Assembly (NCBI GenBank): GCA_030704615.1
Contig: CM060734.1
Location: 22,506,001 to 22,570,000 of the forward strand
Source of the DNA: Takakia lepidozioides
Lineage: Eukaryota > Plantae > Bryophyta
DNA length: 64,000 nucleotides
Direction of reading: 5' to 3'
Notes under the pieces: model-generated
Database searches by the model: none
What the model saw: the letters and a program-made list of their open reading frames with translations, nothing else
What the model was told of the DNA's origin: nothing
In this document: positions 12,751 to 23,259 of the stretch, piece by piece
Position numbering within the stretch: position 1 is the stretch's first letter
How the letters are laid out: every line of letters begins with the position of its first letter
Program-made: the position numbers and the translations under genes

Positions 12751-13757
12751 GAAATGCGGCACCGCATTTCAATGTCTGAACGGAAATGTGGCAACTGCAA
12801 AAACCTCATTTGGAAATGCGGCACCGCATTTCCAAAACCGGGGCAAGAACAAATTTCCGATTCATGGTTTGGACATCAGAAACTGTTCGGACAAACGGAA
12901 ATGCGGTGCCAAATGCAGTTTGCCGATTGGCAGCTCCTTCCATGGATGTAAATCGAAATGCGGAGGTCGAACATGGAAATGCGGTGCCGCATTTACCTTT
13001 TGGAGATGGACATTTTTCCAACTGCAGACCCATCGACGTTCTTGGGCTCCAATTCCATGATGCTAGACGGGAATGCAACACCGCATTCCATTGTCCAATA
13101 AGAAATTTCGATGACGTACATGGAAATGCGGCGCCGCATTTCCAAAAGGGACATCGTTGTTTGCCCAATTCCAGACCCTTTGATGGAAATGCGGCACCGC
13201 ATTCCATCGTCCTATAGAAACTTTCAATTGCCCAAAATGGGAAATGCGGCGCCGCATTTCCAAAACAGACATCGTTGTTTGTCCAATTCCAGACCCGTGT
13301 GGGCATTCCGTCTTGATGGACGGAAATGCGGCACCGCATTCCATTGTCCGATTCGATATTTTGATGACAGACATGGAAATGCGGTGCCGCATTTCCAGAA
13401 CGGACATCGTTGTTTGTCCAATTCCAGACCCTTCGACGGAAATGCGGCACCGCATTCCATTGTGCTCTCCGGAAATGCTGTGCCGCATTTCATTGTCCGG
13501 TACGAAATTTCGATGACAGACATGGAAATGCGGTGCCGCATTTCAAGTATGGACATGGACAAGCATTAGCGACTGGACATGCTTGGATAGTTCAAGGTCG
13601 AATATGGAAATGCGGCGCCGCATTTCAAATTCGAAGTATGGTAATGCCATGTTAGGAAATGAAATGTTGTACAACATTTCCGTTACGACGACAACGGAGG
13701 AAAGGGAGCTGCCAGAAATCGCTTCATGGAGAAAATGGAATGCGGTGGCGAATTTCC
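12751..13757. repeat. Palindrome array 2: about 17 full or partial copies of the same GGAAATGCGG-YR-CCGCATT(T)CC palindrome with a different spacer set
   Basis: Copies near 12751, 12812, 12975, 13069, 13122, 13185, 13240, 13322, 13375, 13438, 13471, 13524 and 13606. Spacer gacatcgttgtttg.ccaattccagaccc recurs. Confidence 0.92.
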
Positions 13758-14033
13758 GAGCTTCGGCGTATACATGTTTCCTACAACTCATACTTGGATT
13801 TTCTTCACCTCAGGACTGTGATATCGCTGACTCTGGTAAATTCATAAGGACAGACACATTGTAGAAATGAGATCTCAAATTGTAAACAGTGGGCCAATTA
13901 CGGCAGTTCTTGAACACGATGAAACACAAGCACACAGAAGTGAGGTACGATGGGTTGTTTTATTGATCGAACACGGTGTCTCACATTTAGTAGCTCCAGA
14001 CAAATCTAAGCCCTTCCTCCTTCTACATGGGTG

Positions 14034-14613
14034 TCACCAAGTCGACGGAACTTCGATAGCCCTCAAAACTAGCTCATTACTGATGCGGCATCTCGAGGTA
14101 AACTGCAATGCGGTCGATCTGGTGCCCTTGGTGGAGCTGACGACAATGTCATACCCATCAATCATACCACCATCATACATCGACAAGGTCACTGTGGGCC
14201 TCCTGTGCCCGTGCGATTCGTCTTCGCAACTCAGCCGAATGTCTCCATACACTGAAAAAGCGGAGTGAACTCCACGAATATAGTTTTCCCCGGTTGCCGT
14301 CCTCCCTGGTCCACTGGCAGCAGTTCCAGCGCCAAAGTGAGGCCGTGCGTGATCTGTCTGGCATCCCATTCCACCTTGGTATATCGAGGTCAACAATTTT
14401 CAGGACCCACGGACCGCATTGACCCTCGCCCTCACCTCGCTCAAAGCGGTAATAGCCCTCCAGATACTCCATTGCGCGCAAAGACTCCCGCTTGATTCCA
14501 GATGCGTCTGTGAAAAGTGAAAGCCAGACAATGATGTCTCCTGATTGTGGTTTGAACATAGCATAATCGTGGCCATGATAAGGGCAGTCAGCAGGATTTC
14601 GGCGGCACGGCAT
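14034..14613 (-). pseudogene. Cargo gene copy A (unknown ~190-aa protein; one frameshift near 14295)
   Basis: MPCRRNPADCPY...SGDIIVW...WRWNCCQWT then GENY...YGDIRL...YDGGMIDGYDIVV...LQFT aligns end to end with 15170-15727. Confidence 0.8.
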
Positions 14614-14871
14614 CCCTGAAAAAGAGTAGCGCAGTACGCTCAATGACAGCAGCTCCCGGATGGAAGAGGTAGCAGCGCGGTGGCTGGAAGAAATTCAAGC
14701 AAACGCTGCAATTCGTCACAAATACTCCAGGGCACATTTAAATTTCCCCCCTACAGGAACCTGCAGGGATGAAGATTGGCTCATCCATGGATGTAGCCGA
14801 TTCAGTTTCCTTCCCTGCCATGCAAACTATGGGCAGTAAGTGCCAGGTGGGCCTATAGCCACTCGAGACGA

Positions 14872-14934
14872 CGAAGTCCATCCCCCCTTCGATGTAAATG
14901 TGGCGCCGAATTTCCATCCGGGGGATGGACTTCG
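14872..14934. promoter_or_regulatory. 63-bp inverted repeat centred on a degenerate array palindrome, between the divergent cargo genes
   Basis: Arms cgaagtccatccccc…gggggatggacttcg enclose taaatgtggcgccgaatttc. A regulatory role is inferred from position only. Confidence 0.5.
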
Positions 14935-15169
14935 GTGGCAGATTTCAAACTATACCCCGTGGATGAGAAAGAGGTATCGGTTCATCCACCGCTGGCTTGT
15001 TGAACACGTTACACGATGATTGGTGGGTACTTGTGACCCAGATGGTCCATTATTGGAGCCCGCACTGCTCTTCCGCTTCTCATCATTTCGAAAATCTAAG
15101 GGCTTCGTTGCTGTCCGCAAGGTGATTTTCATCGGCATCAAACACGTCCTCAGGTCCTCCTTTGCAGGG

Positions 15170-15727
15170 ATGCCGTGCTTCCGGAACCGGGACGACTGCC
15201 CTTATGGAGGCATCGATTATGCAATGTATTCGGCCACATCGGGAGACATCGTTATCTGGTACACAGATTACACAGAAGATACTGGTTCGAATGTGGAAAC
15301 ATTGTTCGCTTTTGAGTATCTCCTAGGCCAGTACGCCTTCGAGCGGGGTGACGATCTTGGTCTGAGGAGTCCGTGGCTCCTGCGCATCATTGATTCCGAT
15401 TTTCCTAGCTACGACGGGCACCCATGCAGAAGAATGCGCACTGCTATGCTGTTGCGGTGGAACTGCTGCCAGTGGACGTGGGTGGACTCCATCGGAGAGA
15501 CTTATACTCCTGAAGGAGTGCGCTCATCTTCTCCATTGTATGGGGACATTCGCATTGGTGTGGACGGCGAAAACGTGAAGCTTTCCATATTCGATGGTGG
15601 TATGATTGAAGGGCAGGACATTGTGGTGAACATCAACAGGGGCGGTACAACGGCTGCAATCCAGTTTACCTGGAGGAGCCCGAAGACTCATGAGCTATTC
15701 CCGCGGACACTCATTTCCGGAAAATAG
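15170..15727 (+). CDS. Cargo gene copy B, intact 185-aa protein of unknown function
   Basis: Open frame MPCFRNRDDCPY…FTWRSPKTHELFPRTLISGK* with two diverged homologs in the window. The ATG is preceded by tttgcag|gg, like copy A (ttttcag|gg), suggesting an upstream intron. Confidence 0.8.
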   Translation: MPCFRNRDDCPYGGIDYAMYSATSGDIVIWYTDYTEDTGSNVETLFAFEYLLGQYAFERGDDLGLRSPWLLRIIDSDFPSYDGHPCRRMRTAMLLRWNCCQWTWVDSIGETYTPEGVRSSSPLYGDIRIGVDGENVKLSIFDGGMIEGQDIVVNINRGGTTAAIQFTWRSPKTHELFPRTLISGK

Positions 15728-16203
15728 TCCTGCTCATGTTTTTTTCGACACTTACGACTCTGCTCATGGCTCATGGCTCATGAAATAGCAGCCCCCCCTT
15801 GGCCCTCACCCTACTTCCATCCAGATCCCACCCATACCACCCTACAGCCGCCTACTCTACCCTGCCCCCCTAGCCACCATCCTCCTCTAACACCCTCCCC
15901 TTTCCCGTCCACCCGCCCCACCAGCCACCTCCCCACCCCCGGATCCCAACCCCCAAGCGCTTACCTTGGGCTCTTATACATACCTCCTCCACCCACTCAA
16001 TCTCTTCCCAACACTCCACCCCCTTTCCAATCCACCACACCATTACACTAATTATCCAGCAGCTCTTTAAACCCCCGCCAGCCACTCTTAAACCCCACCA
16101 TGGATCCCAAACCCCACCCTCCATGTACTCCCCCCGAGGTCGATATCCCCTAGATAAGTCAAAACACTTTTATCATCACCCCCCCAAACCAAACAACCTA
16201 TAC

Positions 16204-16266
16204 ATGGACATCTGCCTGACCCTCCAACTTCTCCGCTGTGGGGACATACATCCAAATCCCGGACCT
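16204..16266 (+). other. 2A-like (StopGo) peptide motif upstream of the LINE APE domain
   Basis: MDICLTLQLLRCGDIHPNPGP compared with the consensus D(V/I)ExNPGP; His replaces Glu. Confidence 0.6.
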
Positions 16267-19200
16267 TCTACCCTTAAGGAAATCATCAGCGAGTCCCCCA
16301 TCGATGCACAATACAGATATGCATTATACTTCCAGCCAAACACCATGTCGCTAATGCATAACTATCGACATATCACCAACCACTTTGCTCCCTTCTTCCC
16401 CCGCGACCCATCCACACACCACCCACCAATAGCCCATGTTACAACCTTTGGACTCCCCACTAATCTTTGCCAGCGCTATCTAAAACCCTACAAAACCTCC
16501 AAGCATTTCCACAGTCCCACCTTCTATTTGCTCTCATAATACTCATCTCTCCCTTGCCGGATACATGGAACGGCTTTCTTCACTCCCACTCTTCATCCCT
16601 CCTCCATCCTTTTCTTTCACAACTACAAGACCTACCCCCGCACCCCCATAACTACTTAGCACTGCCGCACCCCCTACACATCATCCATTCCGAGGGCTTT
16701 ATGAATTGTACCTGGGTGGGACCGCAGAAGCCACCACCCCCCTTCCGAGCTTCTCCCCATCCTAGCCACCTAACCCACCCCCACCCCCCCCTATCACTAC
16801 CCACTCCGCCTCACCAGCCTCTCTGCCCACCACTAGCAGTAGCTCCCTTAATATCACCTCCTGGAACGTAGGCTCCCTAGCTCCCAGTATACAGAGCCTC
16901 ATCCACCTCATCACTGACTCCCGCCCCCACATCATCCTACTACAAGAAACCAAACTGCATACCAGTAACACTAATAGCTCATACATTAACAAACTTCTCC
17001 CGGACTACTACTTGTTATACAACAACCCACTCATTGCGCCACAGTGCCTCCTCAGGTGCTCAACACCTTATAAACCCACAAGAGGTGGGGTGGCATTTGG
17101 CATCCTGCACTCGCACCACTCCCCTAGCTCCACCACTAAAGATAACCGTACCCATCCATCTTCGCTCCCACCTCCAAATCCTACACCTTCACCCCCCGGC
17201 CCTTTGCCCTATTCTACTCATTCATCTCTACATGCCATCCCACACCGAGGACCTCTCATCCATCCCTGAAATTCTCAGTACCATATCCGCGGTACTTACT
17301 CACCCCACACATCAACATGACCACGTCATAATGGCCGGGGACTTCAACATAGATGTTGCACTCCCAGGGCACACTTTCAATGGCACACACCTACCACCAT
17401 CCCAAGCTGACCGAGACTGGGCCCAATTCACCTCCCATCATCACCTCGCATATATCACCTCAGACCACCATTATTCTAGAGGCCTCAATTATTCCTCACT
17501 AAGCCTCATTGATGAAGTCTACTCACGTACCAGCGAGGCCATCCCTCCTCACTTGCAAAGCCATGTACATATTGATAGCCTATGTAATTCCGACCACTAC
17601 CCAATCTCCCTTTCCCTCCCACCATCACTCATCCCTTTCGACCAGTTCCTGTCACGCAGGCACCACCCTTTCAACCACGTCTCCTCTCCCCTCTACCCTA
17701 TAGTAATATAGCCGCATTCAAATCCCATTTTCACCTAGCCGCCTCCGCCTTAACACTCACCCTCTCGCACACCCTATCCAACTCGAACCTTTCCCAACAC
17801 CCGGAAACTATGTGGTTTGCAGCTGAACGTACCCTCACATCCATCCTACAACTCATGACCATCAGCGTGCTCGCCACTTGCTCTGCTCCCCCGGAACTCC
17901 CTCAAACCCCCCGTTCACAACAAAACGGGGGCTACCTTACACACACTCAAAAACGCGAGTGGACCTCCCATCTCAACACATACCACACCATACGTCGCGC
18001 CCTCACGATTATCCCTAGCACACCCACCACCACCCCACTCAACAACTGGTCCACCGATCGCCATATCTTGTGCTTAACGCTATCCCCCTCTGCCAACCAC
18101 TTCTACCCCCGCCGTCCGACCCCACAGCCATACCCAGTTGGATTGCTACCCTAGCCAAAATCGGTAGGGATGCACAGAAGGCCGCATATAACATCACCAA
18201 ACAAAAAGCCACTGCCAATCACAAGAAATTCGTCTCATCCTTCGGGAAACTTTTACGTGATCACCCTAAGCCCGCCCACAAAGCCATCTTCAACCCTGCC
18301 CTCAACCCCCCTATCGACTGCCTCAGACACCGACATGGCCACCTCATAAACCAACCGGACGATATTAAGAATGAAATTTGGGCGCAAGCCTCAGCCTCCT
18401 ACACACCCACAATCAAGCACTGCCTCTACAAACATACTAACGACTGCTTATGCAGCGTCAAACACTACCCTTGGCATGACATCGACGGATTCTCCTTAGA
18501 TAAACATGGGGCCCCTGAGGATACCATCCTCTTGTTCTTCACCATAGCTATTTACGACTCATGTCTCAAATCCCCATCCAAATCCAAAGCCCCCGGTCCC
18601 GATCTCATCCCCAATGCCATACTCCAAGCTCTAGATCCTCATCTTCACTCCCTCTTATTCAATTTTTTCCACCTCTGTTATCGCCTACGACGTATTCCTC
18701 CATCTTGGAAACATAGCCGTACTATCATTCTCTACAAAAAAGGGGACCCCACAGATCTCGGTAACTACTGCCCCATAGCTTTAGCCAACACCATATACAA
18801 ATTCTTCACTAGTACGCTAACCACAATGCTCTCCTGCTATGGAGAGCTGCACCGCATTCTTAGTGACCCCCAAGAAGGCTTCCGTGCCACTCGTAGTACC
18901 ACTCGCCAAATACAATATGTCCTATCCGCACTCGAAGACGCCAAACTCACTAAACATGACATCTATCTCCTCTACATTGACTTTAAAAATGCCGTTGGAT
19001 CTCTTGACCACGCCCGACTTCTCGCCATTATGACGGACCTGGGCTATCCCACTGACGCTATACAACTCATCGGCAACATCTATACCGACAGCTCCACAGA
19101 ATATTCTGGCTCATACTACGGTTCCACTCCCCCTATCCCAATTTTGCGAGGCACTATCCAAGGAGATACCCTCAGCCCTTGCCTGTTCATCATCTTCCTA

Positions 19201-19542
19201 GAGCCCCTTCTTAGATGGATCGACCGAGGTAAGATAGGCTACTGCTATAAAACCTCTAACAATACCATCTCTGCGGCGGCCTACGCAGACGACCTTGCCA
19301 TCCTCGCCCACACCCCTCAACATATCAACCGACAAGCAGACAAACTATTTAGATTTAATCAATGGTCTGGCATGGAGCTCATCCTCCACAAATGTGCTGT
19401 CACCGCAGCTACCCATCATAGCAAACTCACCAAAGCCACGACAGCCTCACACTGCAAATTGTATATCCACTACCAAAACAAAAATTTCCCCTTCTTAGGC
19501 CCTGACAAACCCTACACCTACCTAGGCATACAACTAGTCCCC

Positions 19543-19639
19543 TCCCTATAGGGCCCACCCCCGAAAGGGGGCAGTAGCCAAAAGGTGAAGTGGCTCTTAG
19601 TTATGCCGGCTTCGGCCGGAGTCTTCTCTCTCTTTCTCT
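19543..19639 (+). mobile_element. 97-bp highly structured insertion (SINE-like or 5'-truncated retroposon) in the LINE RT region
   Basis: Exact 9-bp duplication ctagtcccc (19534-19542 and 19640-19648). Removing it restores QLVPTFTWHLQ, matching QLVPSITWHIQ in LINE copy 3. It has a TC-rich tail and four hairpins. Confidence 0.8.
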
Positions 19640-22600
19640 CTAGTCCCCACCTTTACTTGGCACCTACAAAAATCCACTACAATCGCTAAATTGACTGACA
19701 GAAGTACGACCCTCCTCAAATCCCCGGTATCCATCCGTCCCAAACTCTCCCTCATTCAAACCGTACTCAAGCCACAAGTCCAATACTCTTTCCACGCAGC
19801 CCCCTTCTCTCTCCCAGATCTCAAATTAATTGACAAACACTTCATCCAGCTCACTAAACGCATTTGCGGCCTACCCACCAGCACCCCCAATGCTCTTACC
19901 CAACTCCCCACCGACAACTTTGGCATAGGTACTATCCCGCTACTTACCTCCTATGCCCGCACCCTGGGCAAGCAACTTCAAGAAGCCCTCAATGACCCTG
20001 GCCGGCTAGGCCTTATCTATAGAGGTCTCCTTCAATTCCTGGCTACCAAATATAACGGCCTCCACTCCCTACCCACCCTCCACCCCCAATCTTGCCTCCA
20101 CTCTCCTACCACTAGAACCCTCTACATCCTCCGACAAATGAACATTAGCATACAAACCGATCTACCCGGCTACCCAACACCATCTCACCTCTTGAACAAG
20201 CCTGGCTTGCCAGCCCACTCCTCTCCGCACTTGAAGAACGACATTCCCGCCAGAAGACGACCATACTTGCCTACTTTAAACTCCGACACATCACGACTCT
20301 CATCCAACTCACCACAGCCTCTGGCTGCAAACTTCTCTCACCCCGAGAATTCACTCTCAAATACTCCAAAGCAATTGTTAAGACATGCCGGTTTTTGTCC
20401 ATCCTTCAGTCCAAGTCCGACGGGGAGGATCGGATGGACCAAGACGATACAATACGGGTAATCGTTACCAAAGGCGACGAGATGACTATAGAGGTCATGA
20501 AAGAAACTCAAATTTCCCTGTCAAGAACCTCACACGTACAGGCAGAATCAGGAAAGATAGTACAGTGCATTTTTAAGCTTCTACCTTGGAAGCTGCCTGT
20601 AATAAATGGATTGATGTCGACCATGATACTATAGGCTCACTTCCAGCACTCTACACACATAAGCTGCTGCTCCATCAGGTTGGTCTCTCTTGCTCAATCT
20701 TTCCTAGTCTTTTTTTACTGATATAAAGGGGATGCAGGGAAGATCGCCAGCAAGCCCAGGCAAACACGGTATTAATCAGCTGGCCATCTCTCTCATTAAA
20801 GACAGTGGACCCAGGCTAACATTTGATTCTTTATGCAAAAGAGAGACTCCACCTATACCCATAATTTGTTTTCAGCTGTGTTTAGCTGCATCCATCCTTG
20901 CCAATTGGAAAGTGAATGGGCTTCCCAAATTGGAGCCTGGTACAGATTAATGTGGTAGAATAATATGCATTGAATAAATCCCCACCACCACCATAAACAA
21001 AACCACCCGCTTACCCAGTCGCCATAAGCTCGGTTCAGTCTGGTCGGGATTCTCAAACAGGTAGGTATTTAGAGGCAGAGAATTACTCATCTGAAGACTG
21101 CAGCCAAGTCCGCTCTGAGCAAAAGCAGCCTGCACTTGCCTTGTACCAGAGATTACCTTAACTCAGCTTTTGATAGACAGGAGCTGCCACTATTCCACTA
21201 AGCAAATACAATATAGCTCCGAGTGTCAGGAGTAGGAGTTGAGACAATTGACGCCTGACGGACTTCAATTCAACTCAGTTTTGCCAATCGACAAGGACCA
21301 AGGAATCAATGTCCTTGCTGTGCTCACAAGTGCTCCCTTGCTGTGATATTTGTAGCCTAATATGGATGGATGATAAATTACGGATGAGAAATTATGGGCC
21401 ACACCACCTCCTTTTGAGTTGTAGCGATGGCGGGGCCGGGGAAGAGCTCTGGCAGGGAAGAGCTCTTCCGGGGATGAGAGAAGAAGAATCATTAGCAGGT
21501 GTTGTGGAAAGAATGGATGACAGAAGAAGAAGCTTTAGCAGGTGTTGTGGAAAGAACTACAGGGTGTATAAGTTTGTGTGACAAAAGGAAGTTGCATCTT
21601 ACATCAACGATGGTCTCCAATGCCTCTGGGCCTCCAGTGCGACGGTCTCCATATGGCAGACCTCCTCAGATCCGGAGCTCTTCAAGAACCTTACGCTGCC
21701 AGCTCCCTCGCACGCCATCAACCACAGATGCTGGAGTCCCTCCAACAACATCATCGGATGTGCCAGCTCCTCCAGCAACGCCATTAGATCCAGCTCCAGG
21801 TGAGTAGGTGTGTAGGTTATGTTGAGTTGAAGCGTCACACTAACAGCTTTGTCACGAGTAGATCTAGGGTAAGCGATTATGAGTAGCAGTTACTTACCGA
21901 AGAACTCAAGAGACACATGATAGCGTTCAACTGACATCAGTGGCATGAACATGGTGATAGCACTCACTCAAGTATGATGTATATGGTCTTCCAAGACAGA
22001 TGCTTCTTGTAATACAAGCTCACTAGCCTAGGTTGTTGATCTCTGGTCGTTCTTTGTTTTATCTATTCTCCTTTTCCTGGAGTGCTGTGTGATTTCTACA
22101 GGTTACTCTTCCAAATGTGGCCACAGACCACATCAGAATTGCTAGAATTAATGCAAGATTGTTGTTAGACAACTAGGTGATTCATATTGATCACTAACAC
22201 ATTTCATGTTCACTTAGAGCATGTACCAGAAGGGACTCTCTCTGCATCTGAGAGGATCCTCCTCCAAAAATTGAGGAAAGAGACCAGAGAATAGGCCATG
22301 CAGATCAGCAAGCTAACCGACCTTCTTGGCGTGTCAATAAAAGAGAACCAAGCAACCCTACCCTGCACTCAGGTAGATATTCATGTGAAGAATTTGTTTC
22401 ATGTGCTCTCAGCTCTTTTAGAGAGTTAATGAATTGTTGTAGTGCAAGTCCAATTAACTTGTGTTTAAACTAGTCTCTTGTTGATTTTGCAGAAGAAGTT
22501 ACCCAAGATCGCTCGGTCACTTATGCTTGGCCATAATGCAGCTGTTTGCAAGATGCACCCCTCCCATCAAGTCATCAAAAAGAGCATCAATTTCAGGGTT

Positions 22601-23259
22601 CTTTCACTAAGGTTTGGCAGTTGGGATCCTTGGTGCTGACCTCTCCCTGGATTCTCAACCAAGGAGTTTGATGATGCCATGTTCAAGAGCTGTCCATTGG
22701 ATTTTCTGGCTTACAGGTTCCGAAAAGTCTACTTGTTGTTGAGATGTTCCCTGCCTGTGTTAATGTGTGTCCACTTCTAGTTCACAATGTTGATCTCGTT
22801 TTGTATATAAGCTGCCTGGTTGCCCTCTCATTTTGATCATGCTGCATTAGATCGCTATACATTCGACTTTTGTGCCTCAACAACTTCCGGGTTCAAGGTA
22901 ATCATGCTCATTGTATTGGTTATTGTTTGAAAATCTACCTCGGGAATCAGTAAAGACTATGTGCATACTTCATGGATATTTCAAGTATCATTTGAATTGC
23001 TAAACCATCTGTTTGAGTCTTCAAGTTGAGGGCCTGAAATTTCTGGATTATAGACATGAAGAAACAAATGATGTGGTCGTAGGGCGCTGGCAGCAACTGT
23101 GGCAACAGGGCTGCCCACCAGGACTCTCATTCGGAGGTGGTGACAAGTACTGAGAAATGGAAAATTGTGCGGTGTCCCGCCCTGGACATAGAACTGCGCC
23201 GCTATGGGCAGTCCTCAGTAGTGCCACAAGCCTTTGTCTTACATGGTCCTCGTGGTGTG

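Larger units (their letters stand above)
5018..15795 (-). mobile_element. Complete 10.8-kb Mutator-like DNA transposon (element E1) with cargo genes and palindrome arrays
   Basis: Inverted ends GAGGTTTACTATTTCATGAGC (5018) and GCTCATGAAATAGCAGCCCC (15795), both followed inward by CATGAGC repeats. Candidate 9-bp TSD cccctgacc (5009-5017) / cccttggcc (15796-15804), 7/9 identical with two transitions. Encodes a MULE-type transposase. Confidence 0.85.
15796..20380 (+). mobile_element. LINE copy 1: APE endonuclease plus reverse transcriptase, frameshifted and 3'-truncated (possibly RandI/Dualen-like)
   Basis: APE motifs SWNVGS, ILLQETK, MAGDFN, SDHYPI. RT motifs KAPGPDLIP, PIALANTIYK, QEGFR, YIDFKNA, RGTIQGDTLSP, AYADDL, YTYLGI. 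Confidence 0.92.

Noticed and set aside
9723-13655. Many overlapping ORFs with KCGTAFP, EMRRRIS and GNAAPHF repeats
   Set aside because: They are translation artefacts of a stop-free palindrome appearing in all six frames.
9826-13757. CRISPR array (palindromic repeats of ~26 bp with ~27-bp spacers at constant period)
   Set aside because: The spacers recur as a few types in higher-order blocks, the repeats are degenerate, no cas genes are present, and the context is a eukaryotic transposon.
635-15795. Pairing the 635 terminus with 15795 as one 15-kb element
   Set aside because: Both resemble the same end type and share no TSD, whereas 5018 and 15795 share a 7/9 TSD and continuous LINE-like flanks.
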